In this document: positions 1-16,607 of the stretch, one piece after another
Numbering within the stretch: the first letter of the stretch is position 1
Layout of the letters: every line of letters starts with the position of its first letter
Assembly (NCBI GenBank): GCA_002269645.1
Contig: NIVC01000544.1
Location: 310,001-374,000 of the forward strand
DNA: 64,000 bases
Source of the DNA: Macrostomum lignano
Taxonomy: Eukaryota
Direction: 5' to 3'
The notes under the pieces: model-generated
Databases searched by the model: none
The model's input: the letters and a program-made list of their open reading frames with translations, nothing else
Told to the model about the DNA's origin: nothing
Position numbers and translations under genes: made by a program

Positions 1-248
1 CAAAGTGGTTTCTCCCGACACCCCTGACAAAAAACTGATCAGTTTCACGAGTTACCAGTAGACTTAATTGTGCCCAGCACATTTACAGCTGATACATTTA
101 TAAATTTACTTGTTTATTCAGAAGCACTGCAGTCGATGAGAACTTATATATGTAATGTTTCTATTGCTATAAGAGTATAACAAAACACAGTTTTAATTTG
201 ACAATTTCATGCCTATAATAACTAGATTATCAACGCGTAACACTGTGA

Positions 249-2996
<2,748 letters not shown>

Positions 2997-4175
2997 TCGG
3001 TCAGCTGTGCGAGTCAGAATCGAGTCTGGCACAGTGAGTAGATAACGAGCTCTCGATTTTAACAAATACGCTTTACACCGGCTGGGTAACCTGGTTGTGT
3101 AGTTTAATAAATATTTCTGTTATTGATTCAATTGGTAATGTTTCAAATGGAGATTTATTCCCCCAACTTACCTCATGCTATGCTAAACCAGCACACTGCC
3201 AATCTTAAGTATTTGCATTCGTATCTCCTTACTCTGCATAAGCCTCACACTAAATCTCTCTGCTCTGTCTCTTGCGTCTTTCTCTCTCTCTCGGGCTTTT
3301 TGAGTTCGGCCGGCGCACGTGCTTATTAGAGACACGTCATCGCAGAGTCTGCATACCCCTCCCTGTGCAACTACCTATTGTTCGTGGATTTTCCTTCGGC
3401 CAGCCATCTCTATCTTAGACACAGCAATGTACGTGCTCGCAATCGACTCGAAATTTAACCTGAGCCCCCGTGTCTAAACAATGAATGAGACTAACTTGAG
3501 ATATGACCATTGTGGTTGTACACTTAAAATTGTATGTAATATGAGAATGGCAGACATTTTCTGACTACTATTACCATATAGGTATAGTAGTCTTTAGTTT
3601 ACTAAATTATAATAGCTACAAAAGTTACTTTAGGGATTGCTGTTATTTCCTTAAGCATACCTAAGCACCAGATCATGGCATTCATTAGCATCAGATCATG
3701 ACATCCTCAAGTATACATTCCATAGGGCAATCCAGAGTCTTCTTTACTGCCGTCCTGGCTTGCTTTATAAATGTGCAGACTATCTGAAGAGTCGCGTATT
3801 TTTAGAAAACGTTCGACACGAGACTTTTGTCCAGTCGGGACCAGTCGAGATTAAGTCGGTACTCGGGATTCCTGACTTGATATTTGTTACAAGAAAAGTT
3901 TTTGCTTAGTTAAGTCAAAGTCCATTGAATAGAGCCGATTCCAATAATGTAAAAAATCAAAATATTGTCGTTTTTTCCTTTATTTTGTTTCTTGACATCC
4001 ACAAGTAGGCAAGAATAAAAAATCCAAACCCAAAACCGAAAAAAACTGCATTTGAAGAAAAAAACGTCGTCGCAAGTTTTGAGCATTTTTTCTGTCGATT
4101 AAAATTGTGCGTCAAAATGCGTATTTCAAAACTGAAAATTTAAGCGGAGCTGGTCAGGTAGGCTGGTTGCAATTC

Positions 4176-7100
4176 TTATTCAACCGTTCTAGCAACCACA
4201 TTTTTAGCTGTACTCTTCACAACGCTGGTGGTGTTGTTAGCCAGAACGTTGACTTCCACGCCGTTGAAGCACCAGTTGGTGAGATTCCAAGCTAGGCGAA
4301 CGTTGACGTCAACTTCGTCGTGCGCAAGTGATTCGATTTTCTTTTGATAAGTTGGCGTATTGATGAAAGCGCTGATTGACTCGAAGCGGTACATCATGAG
4401 CACGGTTCGTCTGAGGTCAGTGTAGGTCTGGTACTCGGTGGTGTGCTGCAGAAGCAAGTTGCTGAAGAAACTTGCCTGCGGCGAGTCGCTGCCCACAGTG
4501 TTTATCAGGTCGCGAATTTTCGCGTACAAATCTTTGATGATCTCCACGGTTAGTGAGACGCGATGCCTGAGTACGAATGGGGTTTAACTTTATTAAGCGA
4601 CGAATTACGAACTGTTATGACCTGATGCTTAAGGAATGTCATGATCTGATGCTTAAGGAGTGTCATGATCTGATGCTTAAGGAATGTCATGATCTGATGC
4701 TTAAGGAATGTCATGATCTGATGCTTAAGGAATGTCATGATCTGATGCTTAAGGAATGTCATGATCTGATGCTTAAGGAATGTCATGATCTGATGCTTAA
4801 GGAATGTCATGATCTGATGCTTAAGGAATGTCATGATCTGATGCTTAAGGAATGTCATGATCTAACGCTTAAGGAATGTCATGATCTGATGCTTAAGGAA
4901 TGTCATTATCTGATGCTTAAGGAATGTCATGATCTGATGCTTAAAGAATGTCATTATCTAATGCTTAAGGAATGTCATGATCTGATTCTTAAGGAATGTC
5001 ATGATCTGATGCTTAAGGAATGCCATGACCTGGTGCTCAAGGAATGTCATGATCTGATGCTTAAGGAATCTCATGATCTGATGCTTAAGGAATGTCATGA
5101 TCTGATGCTTAAGGAATGATCATGATCTGACGCTTAAGGAATGTCATTATCCGATGCTTAAGGAATGTCATTATCTGATGCTTAAAGAATGTCATGATCT
5201 GATTCTTAAGGAATGTCATGATCTGATGCTTAAGGAATGCCATGACCTGGTGCTCAAGGAATGCCATGATCTGATGCTTTAGGAATGTCATGATCTGATG
5301 CTTAAGGAATGCCATACCTGGTGCTTAAGGTAAGTCATGATCTGATGCTTAAGGAATCTCATGATCTGATGCTTAAGGAATGTCATTATCTGATGCTTAA
5401 GGAATGTCATGATCTGATGCTTAAAGAATGTCATTATCTAATGCTTAAGGAATGTCATGATCTGATTCTTAAGGAATGCCATGACCTGGTGCTCAAGGAA
5501 TGCCATGATCTGATGCTTAAGGAATGTCATGATCTGATGCTTAAGGAATCTCATGATCTGATGCTTAAGGAATGTCATGATCTGATGCTTAAGGAATCTC
5601 ATGATCTGATGCTTAAGGAATGTCATTATCTGATGCTTAAGGAATGTCATGATCTGATGCTTAAAGAATGTCATTATCTAATGCTTAAGGAATGTCATGA
5701 TCTGATGCTTAAGGAATGTCATTATCTGATGCTTAAGGAATGCCATACCTGGTGCTTAAGGTAAGTCATGATCTGACGCTTAAGGAATGTCATGATCTGA
5801 TGCTTAAAGAATGTCATTATCTAATGCTTAAGGAATGTCATGATCTGATTCTTAAGGAATGCCATGACCTGGTGCTCAAGGAATGCCATGATCTGATGCT
5901 TAAGGAATGCCATACCTGGTGCTTAAGGTAAGTCATGATCTGATGCTTAAGGAATCTCATGATCTGATGCTTAAGGAATGTCATTATCTGATGCTTAAGG
6001 AATGTCATGAACTGATGCTTAAAGAATCTCATTATCTAATGCTTAAGGAATGTCATGATCTGATTCTTAAGGAATGCCATGACCTGGTGCTCAAGGAATG
6101 CCATGATCTGATGCTTAAGGAATGTCATGATCTGATGCTTAAGGAATCTCATGATCTGATGCTTAAGGAATGTCATGATCTGATGCTTAAGGAATGTCAT
6201 GATCTGATGCTTAAGGAATGATCATGATCTGACGCTTAAGGAATGTCATTATCCGATGCTTAAGGAATGTCATTATCTGATGCTTAAAGAATGTCATGAT
6301 CTGATTCTTAAGGAATGTCATGATCTGATGCTTAAGGAATGATCATGATCTGACGCTTAAGGAATGTCATTATCTGATGCTTAAGGAATGTCATTATCTG
6401 ATGCTTAAGGAATGCCATACCTGGTGCTTAAGGTAAGTCATGATCTGACGCTTAAGGAATGTCATGATCTGATGCTTAAGGAATCTCATGATCTGATGCT
6501 TAAGGAATGTCATTATCTGATGCTTAAGGAATGTCATGATCTGATGCTTAAAGAATGTCATTATCTAATGCTTAAGGAATGTCATGATCTGATGCTTAAG
6601 GAATGTCATTATCTGATGCTTAAGGAATGCCATACCTGGTGCTTAAGGTAAGTCATGATCTGACGCTTAAGGAATGTCATGATCTGATGCTTAAAGAATG
6701 TCATTATCTAATGCTTAAGGAATGTCATGATCTGATTCTTAAGGAATGCCATGACCTGGTGCTCAAGGAATGCCATGATCTGATGCTTAAGGAATGCCAT
6801 ACCTGGTGCTTAAGGTAAGTCATGATCTGATGCTTAAGGAATCTCATGATCTGATGCTTAAGGAATGTCATTATCTGATGCTTAAGGAATGTCATGATCT
6901 GATGCTTAAAGAATGTCATTATCTAATGCTTAAGGAATGTCATGATCTGATTCTTAAGGAATGCCATGACCTGGTGCTCAAGGAATGCCATGATCTGATG
7001 CTTAAGGAATGTCATGATCTGATGCTTAAGGAATCTCATGATCTGATGCTTAAGGAATGTCATGATCTGATGCTTAAGGAATCTCATGATCTGATGCTTA

Positions 7101-10100
7101 AGGAATGTCATTATCTGATGCTTAAGGAATGTCATGATCTGATGCTTAAAGAATGTCATTATCTAATGCTTAAGGAATGTCATGATCTGATGCTTAAGGA
7201 ATGTCATTATCTGATGCTTAAGGAATGCCATACCTGGTGCTTAAGGTAAGTCATGATCTGACGCTTAAGGAATGTCATGATCTGATGCTTAAAGAATGTC
7301 ATTATCTAATGCTTAAGGAATGTCATGATCTGATTCTTAAGGAATGCCATGACCTGGTGCTCAAGGAATGCCATGATCTGATGCTTAAGGAATGTCATGA
7401 TCTGATGCTTAAGGAATCTCATGATCTGATGCTTAAGGAATGTCATGATCTGATGCTTAAGGAATCTCATGATCTGATGCTTAAGGAATGTCATTATCTG
7501 ATGCTTAAGGAATGTCATGATCTGATGCTTAAAGAATGTCATTATCTAATGCTTAAGGAATGTCATGATCTGATTCTTAAGGAATGTCATGATCTGATGC
7601 TTAAGGAATGCCATGACCTGGTGCTCAAGGAATGTCATGATCTGATGCTTAAGGAATCTCATGATCTGATGCTTAAGGAATGTCATGATCTGATGCTTAA
7701 GGAATGATCATGATCTGACGCTTAAGGAATGTCATTATCCGATGCTTAAGGAATGTCATTATCTGATGCTTAAAGAATGTCATGATCTGATTCTTAAGGA
7801 ATGTCATGATCTGATGCTTAAGGAATGATCATGATCTGACGCTTAAGGAATGTCATTATCTGATGCTTAAGGAATGTCATGATCTGATGCTTAAGGAATG
7901 CCATACCTGGTGCTTAAGGTAAGTCATGATCTGACGCTTAAGGAATGTCATTATCTGATGCTTAAGGAATGTCATTATCTGATGCTTAAGGAATGTCATT
8001 ATCTGATGCTTAAGGAATCTCATGATCCGATGCTTAAGGAATGTCATTATCTGATGCTTAAAGAATGCAATGACCTGGTGGCCATGTAATAAGATGCTAC
8101 GCGATAAATAAACAAAACTATGAGAAAAATGCAACCCCACCTGTCAACTCCAAAAGCCATGTATTGCAAGTCGGCCAGCACGCGTGCAATGCCGTTGTTA
8201 GACTTCCAAAAATTGGTTTTAAATTCGCGCAATTTCTGCATCATGCTGTTTCGTTCGATCGATTTAGTGATGTCCGACTGGTTGCTGACCGTGTTGGACA
8301 GGTTGATGTTGTCAACAACTGAACCGCGGCCTGCGGCGCCCGTCTGAGGGACATTTTGATTGGTTGTGTGATTGCTTTGTAACAAACAAACAACCAAACT
8401 GGCAAACAACACAACCAGCAAACCAGCAAACAAACAAGATAACAACAACTAACCCACGCTAAAACCAACCTTGCTACTAGAGCCGCCAGTGCTTAGACAT
8501 GAGTCCCAAGGCAAGTTGTTGGTTAGCAGGGCCACTAAGGTGTAGAAAGCGGACTCAAGGTCATGCACCGGGTGAGCCTGACCTCCCTTCATCCTGATGT
8601 GCGATGCAAATCTCAGGTGACCGTACAGCTCGCTATCTGAGCCGCTCTTGCGCATATTATTGGGATCTTTGGGATCGAAAAGCGTGGCCACGTTGAAATT
8701 CGCAATGTAGAGAACGTTGAAAGCGATGCTGCGACCGAAGTAGAGATTGTGCGGCTCAATGGCGTTGTGAGTTACGCCGAATCTGTGAATCTGAGGCGGT
8801 ATTTGGGGACGTAACAACAATTTTGATTATTTACATCTTGGTTGGGTTGTGAAAGGTAAGTATGCGAAGGAAAAATGGGACAGGATAAGGATGTGACCGG
8901 ATTAGGATGTGACAGGATTAGAATGTGACAGAATAAGGATGTGACAGGATAAGGATGTGACAAGATAAATATGTGACAGAATAAGAATGTGACAGAATTA
9001 GGATGTGACAGGATAAAGATGTGACAGGATAAGAATGGGACGGAATAAAAATGTGAGAGAGGATAAGGATTTGGCAGGGTCAGGATGTGACAGGGTCATG
9101 ATGTGACAGGATAAGGATGTGACAGAATAAGGATGTGACAGGATAAGGCTGTGACAGGATGAGGATGTGACAGGATAAGGCTGTGACAGGATAAGGCTGT
9201 GACAGGATGAGGATGTGACAGGATAAGGATGTGACAGGATAAGGCTGTGACAGGATGAGGATGTGACAGGATAAGGATGTGACAGGATGAGTATGTGACA
9301 GGATAAGGATGTGACAGGATAAGGATAGTCATCAGTAAGTTGCAGTTCGTATTTAACCTGCAAACAGCGGCACAGCAGCTGATCAAAAATCTTCAAAGCG
9401 GTGTCCACATCGAACACATATCCGCGTCGTTTCCCGGACACCATGACTTCCGTGAGGTACTGCAGATTTGGGCCCAACTGCTCCATGCACAGGTAGGACA
9501 GAGTGCTCCGGCTCTCGGATTTCCACGGCACTAAATTGCCATAGACATCGTAGACTTTGTACTCGGCCAGATCGTAATTAAAAGTCGGATTTGACACTTC
9601 GTCGTATTTGAACACAATAGGAATTCCTGTCATCTCGTCTAGCTCCATTGTTTCTCGCATAAAATTGTCCCACAGGTGCTTAATGATGAGATTCTCTCGG
9701 AATAGCAGCCTCATGTTGGGCTGCTGCATTGCCTCAGTGTCGAGGGCTTCGATCTTCAGTATCAGACAGAGGGCAACGTCCCAGGGCCGGCATTTGGCTA
9801 ACTGGTTGTTCGGCTTCTCAGCGGTTCGCGTGTACTGACTGATCTTCTTCTCGAACTCCGGGTGGGAAGCGAATTTGTAGGTCTCGAAATTAGTGATCTG
9901 TTCGCGAGGGCACCTGCGGGCGGGATTGGGGGATTTGGAACTGGTGAACTGTTCTAACGGAATAAGTTATGTGTCTAACAGGTGTCGAAATTATGTGTGT
10001 AACGGGTGAGCTGGTGTGTCTAACAGGTGAACTAGTGTGTGTAACAGGTGAAATGGTGTGTCTAACAGGTGAACTGGTGTGACAGGATAACAATAGTGTG

Positions 10101-11099
10101 ACAAGCGAAATGGTGTGTCTAACAGGTGAACTTGTGTGTGTCTAACAGGTGAACTTGTGTGTCTAACAGGTGAACTTGTGTATCTAACAGGTGAACTTGT
10201 GTGTGTCTAACAGGTGAACTTGTGTGTGTCTAACAGGTGAACTTGTGTGTGTCTAACAGGTGAACTTGTGTGTGTCTAACAGGTGAACTTGTGTGTCTAA
10301 CAGGTGAACTTGTGTGTGTCTAACAGGTGAACTTGTGTGTCTAACAGGTGAACTTGTGTGTCTAACAGGTGAGCTTTTGTGTGTCTAACAGGTGAACTTG
10401 TGTGTCTAACAGGTGAACTTGTGTGTGTCTAACAGGTGAACTTGTGTGTGTCTAACAGGTGAACTTGTGTGTGTCTAACAGGTGAACTTGTGTGTGTCTA
10501 ACAGGTGAACTTGTGTGTGTCTAACAGGTGAACTTGTGTGTGTCTAACAGGTGAACTTGTGTGTCTAACAGGTGAACTTGTGTGTGTCTAACAGGTGAAC
10601 TTGTGTGTCTAACAGGTGAACTTGTGTGTGTCTAACAGGTGAACTTGTGTGTCTAACAGGTGAGCTTTTGTGTGTCTAACAGGTGAACTTGTGTGTCTAA
10701 CAGGTGAACTTGTGTGTCTAACAGGTGAACTTGTGTGTCTAACGAGTGAACTGGTGTGTCTAACAGGTCATCTGGTTTGTCTAACTCGTGAAACAATCTA
10801 ACGGTTAAACGGATTTTAATACCTGTACGATAAACTCACCTTGCCAGCATGTCAATAATGATAGTTCTATCGCTCTTATAACTGAACACAAAGGCGCTCA
10901 TGTCCTCAACGGATTGCACCAAGAACAACTGATTGAACTCTGGTGACAGAGCCACCAGACTTAGCACATCCGTAGCCTTGGACCGCACGATCTCCATGTT
11001 TTTCTGGGCCTCCATTCGTTGAGCCATTTCCTGCATGTCGCTCGATTTTTGCAACTCATCCAGAGCTATCAAGGAGCTGACGCGTTTCTCGTTGGCCAT
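4176..11099 (-). CDS. Casein kinase 1 (CK1/TTBK/VRK)-family kinase-like protein, probable pseudokinase, about 576 aa
   Basis: Phase-consistent exons 11099-10840, 9913-9358, 8790-8470, 8343-8141, 4566-4176 (1731 nt). CK1-like segments: LILKIE (VAIK), TGIPIV, MEQLGPNL (MELLGPSL), HNAIEPHNL (HRDIKPDNF), IANFNVA (IIDFGLA), GHLRFAS, HDLESAFYTLVALLTNNLPW (DDLESLGY..LPW). Confidence 0.78.
4610..8080. repeat. ~3.5-kb 24-bp minisatellite (tgatgcttaaggaatgtcatgatc) with higher-order variant blocks, in intron 4 of the CK1-like gene
   Basis: Roughly 140 tandem units; source of all the LMLKECHD/MTFLKHQI ORFs in the track. Confidence 0.97.
8878..9325. repeat. 16-bp minisatellite (gtgacaggataaggat) in intron 2 of the CK1-like gene
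   Basis: Tandem units lie between the donor at 9357 and the acceptor at 8791. Confidence 0.93.
9965..10770. repeat. 21/23-bp minisatellite (gtctaacaggtgaacttgtgt[gt]) in intron 1 of the CK1-like gene
   Basis: About 35 tandem units with variable gt number. Confidence 0.94.
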
Positions 11100-11483
11100 G
11101 GCGTTTTGAGTTGTTGAGATTCGAAATTAATCAAGGCTCAAGTCGAATTGGACAGACCGGCTGATGACAAAGCAGTGCGCCAAAGATCTGTAGAAGCTCT
11201 TTTTAAAAATCAATTAGTAAATTAGTTACTGCTGCTTGCTACTAAGTCTTATTCTTTTACTACCACAGGTTTGAAGCAGATGGGAGTTTTAGTCTATGGT
11301 AGCCCAGTTAGTTTCGCTTGCAGGGAGGGGGGTGTGCTTCGGGCATTTCTGCCGTAAATCAAGGTTAATGCGGCAGCGTATAGACCAATAGAGGGGGGTG
11401 TTGATGAGTCGTCTATTCTTTTGCTCAAGCTTATAAAGGGACTGTCAGGGGAATATTATCCCTTATATAAAGGGATAAAAGAG

Positions 11484-11815
<332 letters not shown>

Positions 11816-12913
11816 TGATGTGTTCCTTATTACCAGTCCTCAACTGTAATCAAGGAACAATCACTTCTAGCTCTGTAGCTAGGCAGCCCAGTAAGTCAAC
11901 TGCAGGTACTCAATTACCTTAAATCCGGTTGAGCTGTTCTCTTTCGAGTAGTTCTCGCAATAGGTATCTCAGTGGATCCGTAGGTCTCGCTTATCTTCCG
12001 GAAGACTCTGTTGCTCTGGTCCGATTTCTTCTTTGTTTCTCGCCGGCCGGTATCTGTCGTTCGGACCAATGGGAAGCTTTCAATTACAATGGGTACCCTG
12101 CGCCAACTGCGGTTCAATATAAGCCTCCTTCTTCTAGCGGTGCCTTTATGCACTCTAGGTATAGCTCCGGTATTCTCTAGCAGATCTTCTAAGATCTACC
12201 AGGGTAGTCCTTCGGGCGACTACAGCCAATGGACTGAAGAGTCTCAACAGACTCTAACACTATATCACAAGTGAGTCGACTCAACAACAACGGGCGCAAA
12301 TAAGGAAGGCTTACCGCAAGTCACTCGACCGAGTCTCGAGTTGATCTAGGAAGTCTTGGCTAAAGCTTCCTCTTCGGAGCTCCTTCTCCTTCCGGAGACC
12401 GGTTTCTTGGCTCCGGGTCCGCTTCGGATCACTTGTATTTATAGGCAAATGAACCTCTCTCGAGGTCGTCCATCACTTTTTCGTAAATGTCAAAGGGTCA
12501 CGATTCGGTGGCCGTCAAGCATGACAGGGTAGAAAGTTGCGCAACTAGTGTACTGTAAAAGCGCATGATTGGTTACCGTAGCTGGTAGCCTTTGATTGGT
12601 TCATCCGGGTGCAAACCGGGTGCAAGCCAAATGATGAATCGCAGGTGGGGTTTGAACTGACAAACGTAGGTCGCACGTGTCCAATGATGAATCGCAGATG
12701 GAGTTTAACTTGAAAATTGTAGGTCACGCGTGATAGGTCGGTTGCCGAAAATAGCATGACCGACTTTTCTCTCTTTTGATTGGTTGATTAAAATATATGT
12801 ATGGTTCAGCGCATATCTTTATACATGCTACTTAGTATACTACTGAATAAAAATGTATAAGTGGTATGTTAACCATTTTTTACGGATTTTTGAGGGAGGC
12901 AGAATACTCTACA

Positions 12914-13306
<393 letters not shown>

Positions 13307-13869
13307 AAAACAAGATAGATTGTTGTTGCCTCACCTTTGCCGTCCCACTATCTCACCTCCACTGGCCCTCTGTCACTTTCTGCCCTCCTATCTCCAGTGT
13401 TCGTCAGGGCCCTGCCAACCCACACTACTTACAGCACTTAAGCTGAAACTGTTTAACAGGTCGTCTCCATTCTAATTTATGCGGCTTATTCTCAGTTATT
13501 CTGTTAAACTCGATGCAAAAATGCATCACTCTACCCTATTCTCTTAGATATTGTGCAGGCACAGATTTTATTGGTTGAAAATTATATTGCAAAAAGATCT
13601 AGCACTCTTTATAATTATGCTCCTAAAAATGAGTCTCCAGTTTCGCTTTCTGGAACTACGGGAGCAATTTCGATCAAAGGTAAGCGTTGCAGTTTTACTT
13701 TCTTAGCTATAGGAACATTTTCTATATCCATCATTGCTTTCTGCAAGTCTGCATCGTAAGCTATTTTTCTGAAAGATGAGCTGGCTTTTCAACAACTCCT
13801 CCTTGAGCCATGACTAAACCATATACCCTAAACCTTAGCCCCTGAGTCAAACCCTCTTTACCCGAATTA

Positions 13870-14665
13870 ACCTGTACACTGCACCATGGCTACACTACAA
13901 TATATGGCACATGTACACTGCACCATGGCTACACTACAATATATGGCACATGTACACTGCACCATGGCTACACTACAATATATGGCACATGTACACTGCA
14001 CCATGGCTACACTACAATATATGGCACATGTACACTGCACCATGGCTACACTACAATATATGGCACATGTACACTGCACCATGGCTACACTACAATATAT
14101 GGCACATGTACGAGTACACTGCACCATGGCTACACTACAATGGCACATGTACACTACACAATGGCTACACTACAACGGCACATGTACACTACACAATGGC
14201 TACACTACATTGGCACATGTACATTACACCATAGCTACACTACAATGGCACATGTACACTACACAATGGCTACACTACAATGGCACATGTACACTACAGA
14301 ATAGCTACACTACAATGGCACATGTACACTACACAATAGCTACACTACAATGGCACATGTACACTACACAATGGCTACACTACATTGGCACATGTACACT
14401 ACACAATGGCTACACTACATTGGCACATGTACACTGCACCATGGCTACACTACATTGGCACATGTACACTACACAATGGCTACACTACATTGGCACATGT
14501 ACACTGCACCATAGCTACACTACATTGGCACATGTACACTGCACCATGGCTACACTACATTGGCACATGTACACTACACAATGGCTACACTACATTGGCA
14601 CATGTACACTACACAATGGCTACACTACATTGGCACATGTACACTACACCATGGCTATACATGTA
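13870..14665. repeat. 39/35-bp minisatellite (tgtacactgcaccatggctacactacaat[atat]ggcaca)
   Basis: 39-bp units at the left end, switching to 35-bp units. Confidence 0.94.
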
Positions 14666-15156
14666 CTACAGAGGTACATGTGCTGTACATTAACATTTAA
14701 AACATGAAACAGTTTTTTTCATTACTGCCGGCAACTATATACTACTTACTATAGCTATAGCAGTAGCAAGATACTCGCCAGGCATTAGATGGCCCTATAG
14801 TCACCGAAATATGAAACTTGAGACTGAAAATTGTCAAACCGCTGTGAGCATTACTTATAGTGTTTCTGCTCAGTGCATTTCTTGTCAAAAAACACAGGAG
14901 TCTTGGGCAAACAGGCTGGTTAGAGGTTAGAATAGGGCGCGCGGCTTCGAACTCAAGCAAGCTCAAAGCTCTCGCTTTCTTTTTTTCTATTGTTCGCGCC
15001 TGCAGGTTGGGCTCACTATCTTCTTTGCTAAATTATTTTTGCAACAGGTTTCATTTTCCTGTTGTTCTCTGCTCACATGACTGAAGAAAATTTAAAACAC
15101 ACTTAATTGGTCTCTAAAAGTGCTATATATTGAGTGTGAGGCTGACATCTCAGAAT

Positions 15157-15642
15157 GGGGGGGGGTTCATAAGACCGAAATTTCACAACGCCGAAACACC
15201 ATCCTTCACAAGATCGAAACTTCATAAGACCGAAATTTCACAACGCCTCGGTCTTGTGAAGGGCCCTGCATTTTGAGTTTTCGGCGTTGTGAAATTTCGG
15301 TCTTATGAAGTTTCGGTCTTGTGAAGGGCCCTGCATTTTGAGTTTTCGGCGTTGTGAAATTTCGGTCTTATGAAGTTTCGGTCTTGTGAAGGGCCCCGCA
15401 TTTTGAGTTTTCGGCGTTGTGAAATTTCGGTCTTATGAAGTTTCGGTCTTGTGAAGGGCCCCGCATTTTGAGTTTTCGGCGTTGTGAAATTTCGGTCTTA
15501 TGAAGTTTCGGTCTTGTGAAGGGCCCCGCATTTTGAGTTTTCGGCGTTGTGAAATTTCGGTCTTATGAAGTTTCGGTCTTGTGAAGGGCCCTGCATTTTG
15601 AGTTTTCGGCGTTGTGAAATTTCGGTCTTATGAAAGCGACCC
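15157..15642. mobile_element. Non-autonomous DNA transposon, Merlin-like (GG..CC termini, 8-bp TSD), with internal 65-bp tandem repeats
   Basis: TSD CTCAGAAT at 15149-15156 and 15643-15650; inverted ends ggg..ttcataagaccgaaatttcacaacgcc; the internal unit recurs at 15261, 15326, 15391 and onward. Confidence 0.72.
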
Positions 15643-16232
15643 CTCAGAATTTGCGGTACTAATTAATATTCAAGGCAGTGTACGTATTTTATAAGTCAAC
15701 ATCGAATATCATTTGGTCAATAGTTACGGTTTAGGCGAGAGTAGATTACAATGAATGTAAAGAACTTTTTACCCAGACACAATGACAAGTCAAAACTGCC
15801 ATATAGTTGTTACACCAGTTGTTACTCAGCGACCGCCAGCAGATTTTTCTAAATTGATGAGAGCATTATACGACTATGATTTTATTATTAAACTACGCTC
15901 GTAATTAAAAATCTATGATTCAGTTATCCGGTAGACTCTCGCCCCAATTATCTTAGCTGATTGTCAATTCAACTGTCCCTCGCCACGCGTAATCAATGTA
16001 CACCATACTCTTTGTCCAAGTGACCGATTAATTCACCCACCCCATCTCTTCATAAAATCAAATCAAATTTAAAAGTGGAAAAAATACTCAGCAACATTGA
16101 AAAGCCGCCACTCTGAGCGCCAGTGAGCAATTTCTCTTGGACTATTCTGAAATAAAAGATACGAGAAAATCGATCGGGGTAGCTTTAATCCGCCCAACCC
16201 TCGCACACCGCTCCTCTGCACTTCATTCGTCA

Positions 16233-16411
16233 ACTCAAGTCTGCCGCGGCGTAGCTGAGCTGCGTCAATCGCAAAGATTGAGAGTCTCAGCAACATCAAA
16301 AAGTAGCCATCACAGAAGATTCCGTCCGTGGTGGCCACATTTGAGAGTGCAGGTAAAGTCTCTCAATCTTTGCGAGTGACGCAACTTAGCTACGCCGCGG
16401 CAGACTTGAGT
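16233..16411. repeat. ~35-bp inverted repeat (hairpin or mini-MITE) about 200 bp upstream of the TRP start codon
   Basis: actcaagtctgccgcggcgtagctgagctgcgtca pairs with tgacgcaacttagctacgccgcggcagacttgagt. Confidence 0.7.
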
Positions 16412-16607
16412 ACTTGAGACTCAAGTCTTGAGACTTGAGACTTGGTATACTAGAAAATGGATCAGGGGAGCGGTGTTTCAGTAGGCCATGCAGCTGTTTC
16501 GCCACTTTACTTAATTTTCAATTATTCATTATAGAAAAAACAGGCAGCTAATATAATTCTCTAAACTTTTTTTTGAACAGGAAATAGCTAGTTTTTAACC
16601 GGTCTCC

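Noticed and set aside
4577-8140. Many long repetitive ORFs (LMLKECHD, MTFLKHQI) and similar ORFs at 2208, 11421, 12853, 13886, 23416, 39859, 40971, 52515, 55797 and 61130
   Set aside because: They are translations of stop-free tandem-repeat units inside introns or intergenic DNA, with no coding evidence.
11900-12800. Short overlapping ORFs and CCAAT-rich direct repeats between the two ATCT arrays; possible retroelement or promoter
   Set aside because: No recognisable domain, LTR or TSD could be established by eye.
13825-13870. Interstitial telomeric repeat (ccctaa-like)
   Set aside because: Only one or two degenerate hexamers; not an array.
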